Source: a virus
Taxonomy: Duplodnaviria > Heunggongvirae > Uroviricota > Caudoviricetes
Length of the DNA stretch: 64,000 nt
Strand: one strand, 5' to 3'
Virus record (IMG/VR): IMGVR_UViG_3300043467_001216
In this document: positions 27,822-37,301 of the stretch, piece after piece
Layout of the letters: every line of letters starts with the position of its first letter
How positions within the stretch are numbered: the first letter of the stretch is position 1
Notes under the pieces: generated by a model
The model's database searches: none
What the model was told of the DNA's origin: nothing
The model's input: the letters and a program-made list of their open reading frames with translations, nothing else
Translations under genes and position numbers: made by a program

Positions 27822-28299
27822 AATTACCGAGAGACAACGTGAAAAAATCATAGATTTATTGACTACCAAAAAAACAGGTGATGTTATAAAATTATTAGGT
27901 GGTGTTAATAATCTTTTAAAACTTTTCAATAACGATTTAAAAGAATTCTATAAATCAACAGGTTTTGTCCCATATAAATTTGATTCGACAGGTGAGAATA
28001 TGTATATCGACAATCATTTACTTGAATCACTTAATTTAGAAGATAGTTGGAATAAGAAAGAAAAAAAACTTGGTGATTTTAGATGGACTAGTGGTGGTAT
28101 GAATTATAAGTTCACAGCCCACGCGTCCTCACCATTTATAAGTCATCAAGGTCAAGAATTAAGGAGAGTACTTGGTACTTGTGGTGATTCAGGATTTGGT
28201 TATTCATTTATCAGTAAACGAAATACTATTGGTAAACGAGGTAGGAAACAGATATTCAAACAAATAATTGAGAAATATAATTTAGATAGTTTTTTATAA
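27811..28299 (+). CDS. Leader-tagged protein (paralog of 27309-27821)
   Basis: MDIKITE; shared KQIIEKYNLDS end. Confidence 0.85.
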   Translation: MDIKITERQREKIIDLLTTKKTGDVIKLLGGVNNLLKLFNNDLKEFYKSTGFVPYKFDSTGENMYIDNHLLESLNLEDSWNKKEKKLGDFRWTSGGMNYKFTAHASSPFISHQGQELRRVLGTCGDSGFGYSFISKRNTIGKRGRKQIFKQIIEKYNLDSFL

Positions 28300-28372
28300 A
28301 AATCATAGTTAAAATTTTTTTATTCGAAAAGGTTCCGTATATTTGTTCTGTATAACTTTAAAACATAAAAAA

Positions 28373-28555
28373 ATGATAGCATTTATTTTAATCACAGGAA
28401 TCGGGGCGTTTTTAGTAAAAAGATTTATGAACGCAGGTAGACTAAAAAACATTTTGTTTTGGACTTTAGTTGTGTTGGCATCAATTATACCAGCAATTTG
28501 TGTTGGTGGTTTCATCATCGGGTTTGTAATTGGAATTGTAAATAGAATTATGTGA
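28373..28555 (+). CDS. Small membrane protein
   Basis: Hydrophobic; TATATTTG at 28338-28345. Confidence 0.6.
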   Translation: MIAFILITGIGAFLVKRFMNAGRLKNILFWTLVVLASIIPAICVGGFIIGFVIGIVNRIM

Positions 28556-28594
28556 TTTTTTAAAATCATAGATATTTATTAATAAAATATAACT

Positions 28595-29503
28595 ATGAAA
28601 CATAATTTTAATTCAATACCTCAAGTTGAAAAAGATAGAATACTTGAGATGCACGTTAGAAAAATTCTTGAAGAACAAGGAACACCATTAGATGTGTCGG
28701 GAAATTTCCAACAAGGTGAGAAAAAAACTATCCAAGGAGGTCAAAATGCCGGACTTAAAACTAGAGAAATGATTAAGGCTGGTTTAAAAGTTGCTAAACA
28801 AACTTTAATAACTATTGGTAAAGTAACACTTACAATTCTGTTTGCACCTGTAGGTATCGTTTGTTTTATAGGTTATGCAGCCTTTAAAATTACTCAAACA
28901 GTTGTTAATGCGTTGATTAAATTTTTAACTGCGTGTGGTAAAGCAGTTATTAAAGCAACTGAGGCGATTACAGAAACAACTATTAACATTGTAACTAAAA
29001 TATTCCAAAAACTAGGGATTGCCATTAAAGCAGGTATTGACATTGTAGGGTCATTTTTTAAATCTGTTGCTGAGGGTTCATATAAAGTTGTGATTTATTG
29101 TTTAAAAGCGTTAAAACAGTTTGGTTTAATGTTTTATGGTAAAATATTGGTTATGGCCGCAACAATTAAAGAATTCGGTCAAGATGTTTGGAATTGGTGT
29201 AAACAACAATTTGATGCAATATCAAAACAAATTGGTATGGCTTGGGATTCGGCGATGAACTTAGCGAAACAAGGTTGGGGAGCAGTTAAAAATCTTGGTA
29301 GTCAAGCGATGGAATTGGGTAAGAAAGCTGCTAATAAAGTTGCCGATGTTGCTGGCCAAACGTATGGGGCGGTTAAAGGATTTGCTCAAGGTTTATTTGA
29401 AGATGCAATTTTGTTTTATGAAACATATATTTCAATTAGAAATAAAGATACTTTCGCATTAATTAGTGAATGTTCTAAAATCACTAAAAATGTTATCTTA
29501 TAA
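28595..29503 (+). CDS. Amphipathic/hydrophobic helical protein with leader-like N-terminus
   Basis: EKDRILEMH; Ala/Gly/Lys amphipathic helices and a TM-like segment. Confidence 0.8.
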   Translation: MKHNFNSIPQVEKDRILEMHVRKILEEQGTPLDVSGNFQQGEKKTIQGGQNAGLKTREMIKAGLKVAKQTLITIGKVTLTILFAPVGIVCFIGYAAFKITQTVVNALIKFLTACGKAVIKATEAITETTINIVTKIFQKLGIAIKAGIDIVGSFFKSVAEGSYKVVIYCLKALKQFGLMFYGKILVMAATIKEFGQDVWNWCKQQFDAISKQIGMAWDSAMNLAKQGWGAVKNLGSQAMELGKKAANKVADVAGQTYGAVKGFAQGLFEDAILFYETYISIRNKDTFALISECSKITKNVIL

Positions 29504-29573
29504 TTAATAGAATATTATAGTGAACCCCTCCAATATGTGAGGGGTTTTTTTGTATATAATACTATTTATAATT

Positions 29574-30140
29574 ATGAAAATAAAGATAACCGAATCACAA
29601 TATAAAAGATTGATTGAGGATGTTGAATCTCCAATGGATTCGTTAGAAAAATATAAACCTGTTTGTTTTAAATATTGGGATAGATTTGGGCCTGGTATAA
29701 CAAACAAGATGGTTAATGTTCTTGCTATTAATAAATACGTTAACCGTTTTGAATTTCGTAAGGTTTTATATCAATGGTTAAGAGAATATATTGGTGTTGA
29801 GGAGGCTATCAATAAAACATACGAGTATTTGAAGAATGATGGTCATCACGTTAATTGTGGTGGTTATGATTTTACATTTGAAGTTCCTGATATTGAGTTT
29901 ATAGGTGAGATTGGTGATTTGACTATTATGGTTAATGATGAAGATGGTACTGTTGAGTTAATTATGGTTGATAATAGTGAACACAGACTTGCGGATATTA
30001 TTAATGATGATGAAATCGGTTGGGAAATTAAATCTGAGGTTGAGGACTGTGTTGCCGATTATCTTAAAATAAACGTGGAAGATAAGTTTGGTGTGGTTTG
30101 TCACCCCAATATTATATTCCAATCAAGAAATAATGGATGA
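29574..30140 (+). CDS. Leader-tagged protein (CFKYWD family)
   Basis: MKIKITESQY; TATTTATA at 29563-29570. Confidence 0.85.
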   Translation: MKIKITESQYKRLIEDVESPMDSLEKYKPVCFKYWDRFGPGITNKMVNVLAINKYVNRFEFRKVLYQWLREYIGVEEAINKTYEYLKNDGHHVNCGGYDFTFEVPDIEFIGEIGDLTIMVNDEDGTVELIMVDNSEHRLADIINDDEIGWEIKSEVEDCVADYLKINVEDKFGVVCHPNIIFQSRNNG

Positions 30141-30523
30141 AAGTAGTAATTGACGAACAAAAATTAATTAACGGATTTCAAAAATTAACCGACAAATTTT
30201 TGGCAGACTTAAAAGAGTATGCTGAAAAATGGTATGAAAATGAGGAAATCCCTGATTGGATGTCATCGGGTATTGTTGAGTGGGTTGATGCCGTTGATAA
30301 AATCAATATAACCCACCTTCAAGTGAGGAAGGATGATATCGGTTCAAATTATTATATTTCGGTTGATGCTATTTTGGATTCTAAAGTAAGATTTGATATT
30401 GATGAGATACTACAACATATAACATATTTGATAATAAAACGTATGTTTGGTTTAAGGTCAGGTAATCAGGTTATTATGATTAGTGATAACATTGAGTTAA
30501 AAGATAGTAACCCCCAATGGTAA
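30137..30523 (+). CDS. Leader-tagged protein (resembles N-half of 20453)
   Basis: MKVVIDEQKLINGFQK. Confidence 0.8.
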   Translation: MKVVIDEQKLINGFQKLTDKFLADLKEYAEKWYENEEIPDWMSSGIVEWVDAVDKINITHLQVRKDDIGSNYYISVDAILDSKVRFDIDEILQHITYLIIKRMFGLRSGNQVIMISDNIELKDSNPQW

Positions 30524-30552
30524 GTTTAATTTAATTTCATTATTTTTACCTT

Positions 30553-30807
30553 ATGGAAAATAGTTTAATTATAGGGTATGAAGTTCGTGAAGATGGGCGA
30601 ATGTATTTGGATTTAAAATCTAATAAAGGTTTGACTAATTATTCAGAACTGTTAACAGTTAGTGTTGCAGCTTTAAGTATGATGATAAGAATGGCCGGTG
30701 AAAAAGGTCATAAGACTGAGGGTGAGATATTTGAATCAGTTATCAATCATTTACATAGTGAGTTTATCAACCCTGATTCATTCAAAGATTTGGAAATAAA
30801 ACGATAA
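30553..30807 (+). CDS. Hypothetical protein
   Basis: ORF. Confidence 0.65.
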   Translation: MENSLIIGYEVREDGRMYLDLKSNKGLTNYSELLTVSVAALSMMIRMAGEKGHKTEGEIFESVINHLHSEFINPDSFKDLEIKR

Positions 30808-30866
30808 ACATAAATTTGCTACGATAAACTAGGTTGGTTTATTGTAGCAATAACATATTTATTAAT

Positions 30867-31484
30867 ATGAAAATATTAATTAGTGAAGCTCAATTATTTG
30901 GGAATAATGACTTATTAAAACAGATTTGTTTTAAATATTGGGATAAGAAAGGGTTTGCTACATCAGATAAATCATTTTTACAGTTATTTAAAATTCCAGG
31001 TCAAATGGTGATGAGAGTAGAGGCGTTGGTTGATGAGTGGAATGAAGTCAATAATATTACCCCCATATCTATATTAGAAAAAGATTTTGGACCATTTTAT
31101 AATTCAACAGTTTCTAAACATATATATACTTGGCCTGATAGACGTGGTGGATATACAGATATTGAAGTTAGTGATGGTAATATTAGTTGTAAAGTAAGAA
31201 TCCATAGTATGGATTTTAATCTAAATGATAGAACACTTGATGTTTGGTTTGAAATGATTACTAGTGAGTTAAGAGATATAAGTTGGAACGGTAGAACATT
31301 TAATGAAGTATATCCTTATGGATATGACAATGACGAATACGCTAGTGATGATATAGATGAAGATGAATATTGGGAGATATATGATGAGTATAGAGGTGAA
31401 GTTGCTTGGTTACTTCATAAATATTTTATGAAAAACTATGTATCCCGAATGGGTGAGTTTAAACTTGAAATTGAACATTATTAA
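30867..31484 (+). CDS. Leader-tagged protein (CFKYWD family)
   Basis: MKILISE; TATTTAT at 30856-30862. Confidence 0.85.
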   Translation: MKILISEAQLFGNNDLLKQICFKYWDKKGFATSDKSFLQLFKIPGQMVMRVEALVDEWNEVNNITPISILEKDFGPFYNSTVSKHIYTWPDRRGGYTDIEVSDGNISCKVRIHSMDFNLNDRTLDVWFEMITSELRDISWNGRTFNEVYPYGYDNDEYASDDIDEDEYWEIYDEYRGEVAWLLHKYFMKNYVSRMGEFKLEIEHY

Positions 31485-31486
31485 TT

Positions 31487-32104
31487 ATGAAAGTTATAAT
31501 AAGTGAAAGTAAATTAGAAGATTTAAAAAAGATTTTCTATAATAAGTGGGATAAACAGGGGTATGCTAGTTACGACTTCAGAATGGCTAAAGTATTTAAC
31601 GTTAAAAAATATATTGATGATGACCCTGGGTTAAATAAAACAGGTTACTATATTACACCGGATAAGTTAGTTAGATTATGGGTTACCGATTGGAATAAAA
31701 AACACGGTATAACAAATCTATCAATATTAGATGAATTTGGAATGAAACATCATATAGGGACTTATTCAGAGTATTATGATAGTACAAAACCGATTAAGTT
31801 CACATATAAAGATAATGACAATTATTTGGAATTTGAAATTAATGAATTAAGACTTGATGATGAAATACTTATACTTTATTATTTAAATTTTAATCTTAAT
31901 AACGCAATTATTGATAAAGAGAATGTTGGTGAGGTATTAAGTGCAATTGGTGACGATGATGATGATGAATGGAATGAGACTGTTGAAGATTATCGTGAAA
32001 GTGCTATTGGTCTTGTTTATGATTATATGATGAAAAACTATGTTAATAAAATGAGTGGTGACATTGATATTGAAATTGAATATGTTGATTCATTCTTTGA
32101 ATAA
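31487..32104 (+). CDS. Leader-tagged protein (paralog of 30867-31484)
   Basis: MKVIISE; FYNKWDKQG; MKNYV..M end. Confidence 0.85.
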   Translation: MKVIISESKLEDLKKIFYNKWDKQGYASYDFRMAKVFNVKKYIDDDPGLNKTGYYITPDKLVRLWVTDWNKKHGITNLSILDEFGMKHHIGTYSEYYDSTKPIKFTYKDNDNYLEFEINELRLDDEILILYYLNFNLNNAIIDKENVGEVLSAIGDDDDDEWNETVEDYRESAIGLVYDYMMKNYVNKMSGDIDIEIEYVDSFFE

Positions 32105-32143
32105 TTAATTGACTATAAAATTAAAATACTTAAATTTAAAAAT

Positions 32144-32332
32144 ATGATGAACAACGAAAGTAAAGCTAGAATGTATGGTGAGTTATTAAACGAACATACA
32201 AGAGTCGGTAATTTAATATCAGAAGTTAAAGCCGAGAATTTTGAAATGAATGATGAACAAAACACAAGAATACGAGTTTTGGAAAATAAGCAGATTCAAA
32301 TAATGATGGCAATTAAAAAATTAATGTCATAA
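32144..32332 (+). CDS. Small coiled-coil protein
   Basis: ORF before terminator. Confidence 0.65.
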   Translation: MMNNESKARMYGELLNEHTRVGNLISEVKAENFEMNDEQNTRIRVLENKQIQIMMAIKKLMS

Positions 32333-32388
32333 CAAAAAACCACCTCATCAGGTGGTTTTTTAATTTAATATTATTTATATTTTAGATT

Positions 32389-32772
32389 ATGAGTTGTAAT
32401 ATGTTTAATATGCCGGTTGAGTTAAATTCTACAATGATTTCATATAGAGTGAAATCAGGTAGGAAGATTGATACTCAGATTGGTGGTGTTTATATACACC
32501 CACAATCAGTTATATCCGATTTTAACCCTGATGAATTCATTAACGACTTCACCTTATTAATTAATAAAACAATTAAAATCTATTTACGTATTGATGTTGA
32601 ATATGATGAATACTATAACCGATTAAACATAACAGTTAATACAACAAAAATGATTGATTGGGATTATATGACTAAAATTGAAAAATGTGCAAATGTTTTA
32701 TTAAAATTTAGAGGTAAATACAAAAGACCCCCTATGTGTTTTATTATTGAAAGTTACACACCTGTTGCTTAA
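32389..32772 (+). CDS. Hypothetical protein
   Basis: ORF. Confidence 0.65.
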   Translation: MSCNMFNMPVELNSTMISYRVKSGRKIDTQIGGVYIHPQSVISDFNPDEFINDFTLLINKTIKIYLRIDVEYDEYYNRLNITVNTTKMIDWDYMTKIEKCANVLLKFRGKYKRPPMCFIIESYTPVA

Positions 32773-33626
32773 ATTTTAGTAGCGTCTTTTAGGATTTCTA
32801 ATGCGGTTTTATAATTTTCATCAGACAATACCGATTTAAGATTAACAAAATCACCACCCGATGTTTTAGCCTCCCATTCTTTATCGTTTGTTAATCTATA
32901 AGTCCACATTTTATCAGTTTTTAATTTATATTCACCAGGTTTCCAACTCTTAAAAAAATTATCAATAGATAATTTAATTTTATTGTCACTGTCTTTTTTA
33001 ACCACATCATTATTCTTCTTAATTTTCTTTTTAACAAAAGGACCCCCATCGTGAGGTTTGAATCTACTAGGGTTTGTGTATTTGTAAAAGAATTGTCTGA
33101 TGTAGATACCGGTAGGGTTTTTAAAATCAAGAACAAGGGTAAAATCTTTACCACCTGTAACTCTTCTTTTCATACCTTCAATTTGACCTTGGGCTCTTGA
33201 ATCGGCACTACCACCGGCAGACCCGACACTTGAAACCCCGATATATGCGTTACCGTCATCACTTTCATCAATGGTTGCGGACCATTTAACAGTATATGTT
33301 TTTGAATCTACTTGAATTTTTAAATTAGTTATGTCAGGATTAATACCTTCATTCCATAGTTCTTCTAACGCTTGATTAATACTTTTACCTTGATTAAACT
33401 TAATATATGGACTCCATTTAGATGGGGGATTACCGGTTAACATATAACCACCAAATCCGTCAGATATTCTACGGTTGAATGAGTGTAATGCGTCACCTTT
33501 GTTAGGTGCACTATTAGGTACGGTGTATTCACCGCTAATTTTCATTGGTAAGGACATTTTACTTTCAGTAACAATACCCATCATTGTTTTCATTCGATAT
33601 ATTTCTTCGTTTAAAGTATTTTTCAT
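32769..33626 (-). CDS. Leader-tagged hypothetical protein
   Basis: MKNTLNEEIYRMK..IVTE; TATTTAT on minus strand at 33631-33637. Confidence 0.85.
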   Translation of the reverse strand: MKNTLNEEIYRMKTMMGIVTESKMSLPMKISGEYTVPNSAPNKGDALHSFNRRISDGFGGYMLTGNPPSKWSPYIKFNQGKSINQALEELWNEGINPDITNLKIQVDSKTYTVKWSATIDESDDGNAYIGVSSVGSAGGSADSRAQGQIEGMKRRVTGGKDFTLVLDFKNPTGIYIRQFFYKYTNPSRFKPHDGGPFVKKKIKKNNDVVKKDSDNKIKLSIDNFFKSWKPGEYKLKTDKMWTYRLTNDKEWEAKTSGGDFVNLKSVLSDENYKTALEILKDATKI

Positions 33627-33643
33627 ACTAATAAATATTACTA

Positions 33644-34009
33644 TTAGAAGTAATAATTTGTAATTATACAGTTTGGATTAATATTTGTTAGGTCAGGAAA
33701 TGTAACATTTCCGATATCATTATTGTTTATATGACTAATATGTAATTCTGTGAATAAGTGACAATATTTTTCATATGTTTTTTTACCCCCAATACACCAA
33801 TCGACAATAGTTATATACTCTTCTCTTTCATCAACGATTAGAGTTCTATCTTTGAGTGGTGGTAGTCCGTTAAAAGTTCTGAAACCGACTAATAAAATTT
33901 GATTTAGGGTAAGTTTTTTGAAGTGTTTAAGGTCTTCCGATGATTTCCATAGTAATTTATCGTCTAAACCGATAAAACCAAGGTTATTTACTGCGATTAT
34001 AGCTTTCAT
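33644..34009 (-). CDS. folA: Dihydrofolate reductase (compact)
   Basis: IIAVNNLGFIG..LLW...DLKHFKKLT, VGFRTF, PLKDR, IGG. Confidence 0.9.
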   Translation of the reverse strand: MKAIIAVNNLGFIGLDDKLLWKSSEDLKHFKKLTLNQILLVGFRTFNGLPPLKDRTLIVDEREEYITIVDWCIGGKKTYEKYCHLFTELHISHINNNDIGNVTFPDLTNINPNCIITNYYF

Positions 34010-34037
34010 TAACCTAATTATAACATATTTATTAGAT

Positions 34038-34469
34038 ATGAAAATAATAATAACAGAAAGTCAGTATAAGAAATTTAAACACTTGTTGGAACAAGATGTT
34101 TATGATGATGAAGAGTATAGTAATGCCGGTTACGGTAATGAGGATTACGGTGTTGCCGATAAAGAAGGTATGGTTTTTAAAACTGAAATTGCTGGAATGC
34201 CGTTAAAACTAACTTACTCACATACCACACAAGTTAGTGAGAATGAATTTGAATATTACTGTGAGGTGGTATTTTATGGTGATGAGTTCTTTGGTGTGTT
34301 TGTTGCCGATAAGAGAGGTTATTTAGTAGACATTGATTTCCCTTCTGTAATTTCAGAAAATGATGAGGACGTTAGATTACAAGACGTATTAAAAGAGATG
34401 GGTAGTAAATATTACTATGAATTCGAACATTGGTTAGATAGTGAGGTAATACCTTCATTAATGGATTAA
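34038..34469 (+). CDS. Leader-tagged acidic protein
   Basis: MKIIITESQY at ATG 34038; TATTTAT at 34026-34032. Confidence 0.85.
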   Translation: MKIIITESQYKKFKHLLEQDVYDDEEYSNAGYGNEDYGVADKEGMVFKTEIAGMPLKLTYSHTTQVSENEFEYYCEVVFYGDEFFGVFVADKRGYLVDIDFPSVISENDEDVRLQDVLKEMGSKYYYEFEHWLDSEVIPSLMD

Positions 34470-34473
34470 GTTT

Positions 34474-35385
34474 ATGAGAGAAAAGATTTACAAAATAATT
34501 GAAAAGGTTGGTCCTTTTAAGGCTGCAAAGTATTTTGGTGGTGTTGAAAAGTTTTTGAAGTTGTTAGAAACTATACCAGGGTCAGATAGTATTAAAGAAC
34601 AATTTAAAGGTAGTTGTAGTGTATCATATGCGACATCTGCTAGTCACCCTGATGCGTATTTCGATTTTTACATATTGGATTATGATATTATAGATGATGA
34701 TTTTGTTGAATTAATTGTTGATATGAAAGTTGATTTTAGTAATCTATCAGGTGAAGAGATATATGAATTAAAAAAATGGTTTGGTGCAGTTGCCGATGAC
34801 CACGGATTTGAAATTTATGACGTTGAAAATCTACCATCACATCAAAATCTATATATTAAATCATTCAATGGTAAACCATATACTTGGCCAGGTTATGATG
34901 TTATAGATGATAATGAAGCTTTCGAATTACTTGATAAGACAGGTAAGTGGGAAGGTTTGATTAGAGAAAGTATTCACGTATTCAAAAATCCAAAAACGGA
35001 TGAAGATAGTGGTTACAAAAAAATGGTTGCGGTTATTAAACATTTAGAAAATAAACCCGGAAATCCTTATACCGACTATACCGACTTAAACCCAAGAATG
35101 AAAATTAAATTTCTAGAATCCGATGAATGGGGAATAAAGGTTTATATTGATATTGAATCTATGGGTGAGTCAGATGAAGAATTTGAGGTTTTTACAAATT
35201 ATGGTGATGAAACACGTAGACATATGAGTAATAGAAACCTTATGAAATTCTGGCATGGTTATAAATTAAATGATGATGAAGATGATACTCATCCATCCTT
35301 TAAAACAATAATTTATAATCGTTTAATTAAATTACGAAATAATATAGGTTTGAAATTTAAATTACGTGTATCAATTCTACCTTAA
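34474..35385 (+). CDS. Two-module protein with GG-helix N-terminus
   Basis: VGPFKAAKYFGGVEKF; internal LIRES. Confidence 0.8.
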   Translation: MREKIYKIIEKVGPFKAAKYFGGVEKFLKLLETIPGSDSIKEQFKGSCSVSYATSASHPDAYFDFYILDYDIIDDDFVELIVDMKVDFSNLSGEEIYELKKWFGAVADDHGFEIYDVENLPSHQNLYIKSFNGKPYTWPGYDVIDDNEAFELLDKTGKWEGLIRESIHVFKNPKTDEDSGYKKMVAVIKHLENKPGNPYTDYTDLNPRMKIKFLESDEWGIKVYIDIESMGESDEEFEVFTNYGDETRRHMSNRNLMKFWHGYKLNDDEDDTHPSFKTIIYNRLIKLRNNIGLKFKLRVSILP

Positions 35386-35387
35386 TT

Positions 35388-35810
35388 ATGAAAATATTAA
35401 TAACAGAAAATAAAGTAAAAAACGTCCTTAAACAAACCGGAGTTGGGAAAACTATTAAACTATTAGGTGGTTGGGAAAACTTTTGCGAAGTATTAAATAT
35501 TGAAACATTAATGGACTTCTTACATCTGTTTGATGATTTGGAACAAGTTAAATCTGAAAAAAAAGAAAATTGGACGTTATTTCGTTATAAAAAAGGTGAA
35601 AACTTAATGGTTTACGATAGAAAAAATGAGGTAGTTCATATCAATTATTATGAAATATGGTCATTTTTGGATGATAAATTTGGTCTTAGTTATTATGAGA
35701 CTCAAAGAATTACACAGGATTGGTTGGATGAGGTCTACAATTTAAGGGGGGTCACAACTGATTGGTCTTTTTTCTCCAATGTGTCGAGTTGGATGAGGTC
35801 TACAATTTAA
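35388..35810 (+). CDS. Family-A leader-tagged protein (3 of 5)
   Basis: Ends in repeat-spacer-half repeat. Confidence 0.9.
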   Translation: MKILITENKVKNVLKQTGVGKTIKLLGGWENFCEVLNIETLMDFLHLFDDLEQVKSEKKENWTLFRYKKGENLMVYDRKNEVVHINYYEIWSFLDDKFGLSYYETQRITQDWLDEVYNLRGVTTDWSFFSNVSSWMRSTI

Positions 35811-35812
35811 AA
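35723..35812. repeat. Mini CRISPR-like unit: 36-nt repeat, 29-nt spacer, half repeat
   Basis: GTTGGATGAGGTCTACAATTTAAGGGGGGTCACAAC at 35723-35758; GTTGGATGAGGTCTACAATTTAA again at 35788. Confidence 0.6.
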
Positions 35813-35819
35813 TAAGAGT

Positions 35820-36218
35820 ATGAAAATAATAATAACAGAAAATAAATTAGAGAAAGTTCTTAAACAATTAGGAAGTAAAAAAACTGTTCATATGTTAGGC
35901 GGTTGGGATAATTTTTGTGAACTATTTAATATTGAAAGTCCGATGGACTTCTTACATCTATTTGATGACTTAGAACAAGTTCAATCTGAAGAATATAAAA
36001 ATCAAACATTATTTCGTAACAAAAAAGGTTATAATTATATGGTTTACGATAGAAAAAAAAAGGTTGTTTACATCAATGGTGATGAAATATGGTCGTTTTT
36101 GGGAGGGTGGGGATTCCACCTTAACTTTAATGATATTCAATCACTTATAAAGGTGTGGTTGGATGAGGTTTACAATTTAAGGGGGGTTACAATTTTCAAC
36201 CTCTTCACAGTTAGGTGA
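35820..36218 (+). CDS. Family-A leader-tagged protein (4 of 5)
   Basis: Same N-terminal block; WLDEVYNLRGVT. Confidence 0.9.
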   Translation: MKIIITENKLEKVLKQLGSKKTVHMLGGWDNFCELFNIESPMDFLHLFDDLEQVQSEEYKNQTLFRNKKGYNYMVYDRKKKVVYINGDEIWSFLGGWGFHLNFNDIQSLIKVWLDEVYNLRGVTIFNLFTVR

Positions 36219-36235
36219 GGTCAACAATTTAAAAT
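36158..36235. repeat. Mini repeat unit: 36-nt repeat, 16-nt spacer, half repeat
   Basis: GTTGGATGAGGTTTACAATTTAAGGGGGGTTACAAT at 36158; GTTAGGTGAGGTCAACAATTTAAAAT at 36210. Confidence 0.55.
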
Positions 36236-36241
36236 GAAATT

Positions 36242-36664
36242 ATGAAAGTATTAATAACAGAAAATAAATTAGAGAAAGTTCTTAAAAAAAATGGAACTGT
36301 TAAAGTATTTAAACTACTTGGTAATAGTGGTGAGAACTTTCGTAAAGTTTTCAATATAGAAACCCCAATGGATTTCTTACATCTATTTGATGATTTGGAT
36401 GTGGTTCAATCAGAAAAAGATGAGAATTTAACCTTATTTAGATATCAAGAAGGTGATAATTATATGGTATTAGATGAAAGTTTAGAATACAAAAGGATAT
36501 TTGTAAGTTATGCTAATTTAGTTTGGTTTTTAGAAGATACTTTTGAACTTAACTACCCAGGTCAGTGTGGTCAGGCTATTACTCAATGGTTGGAAGAATC
36601 CTATAATATAACTAATGTTACACCTATACTTTACACAACAAGACAAAATTCAAATATTCTATAA
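36242..36664 (+). CDS. Family-A leader-tagged protein (5 of 5)
   Basis: MKVLITEN...PMDFLHLFDDL...WLEESYNI. Confidence 0.9.
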   Translation: MKVLITENKLEKVLKKNGTVKVFKLLGNSGENFRKVFNIETPMDFLHLFDDLDVVQSEKDENLTLFRYQEGDNYMVLDESLEYKRIFVSYANLVWFLEDTFELNYPGQCGQAITQWLEESYNITNVTPILYTTRQNSNIL

Positions 36665-36741
36665 TATTATGGATATAAAAAATTTAACCCCAAATTATTT
36701 TTAGTTTGGGGTTTTTTGATTAATATTGTAAATAAAAACAA

Positions 36742-37044
36742 ATGAATATGAACTATAGAACACATAACGACGAATACATCAATGTTAATGGTGCATCCCA
36801 CAAAGGTGAATTAGTGACAACTTACGATAAATTAGTTGAGTTATTTGGTGAACCCGGTAAAGGAAGTGCTGATGGTAAAACCGATGTTAGTTGGAAAATA
36901 GAATTTGACAACGGTCAGGTTGGTGAAATATACAATTACAAGAACGGTGCTAAATATGGTAACCCAAATATCGAATCCATAACTGAATGGACTATCGGTG
37001 GATACAAGAGTGAAGTTGTTAAATTAATAACTGATTTATTATGA
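36742..37044 (+). CDS. Phage hypothetical protein
   Basis: YDKLVELFGEP...KTDVSW...IYNYK...WTIGG motif. Confidence 0.8.
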   Translation: MNMNYRTHNDEYINVNGASHKGELVTTYDKLVELFGEPGKGSADGKTDVSWKIEFDNGQVGEIYNYKNGAKYGNPNIESITEWTIGGYKSEVVKLITDLL

Positions 37045-37301
37045 ATGGTGGTTATATGAGTAGATATGATGCTATAGCTGGTATTATCATTATGATATTA
37101 ATGATATTAGGTGTTGTTTTTATTGTTAAACACGAAGAAAACAAATACAATCATTGTAAGTATTTAATTGTAGATTCACATAAATACCAATATCACGCAA
37201 TAGCGTATAAGGTAATTGATAATTCTTGTATTAGTATGATTAACGAAGACCATAAAAGAGTTATTATTTGTGGACAATACACAATTGAAGAAACAAAATA
37301 A
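37041..37301 (+). CDS. Membrane-anchored small protein
   Basis: N-terminal TM. Confidence 0.7.
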   Translation: MNGGYMSRYDAIAGIIIMILMILGVVFIVKHEENKYNHCKYLIVDSHKYQYHAIAYKVIDNSCISMINEDHKRVIICGQYTIEETK

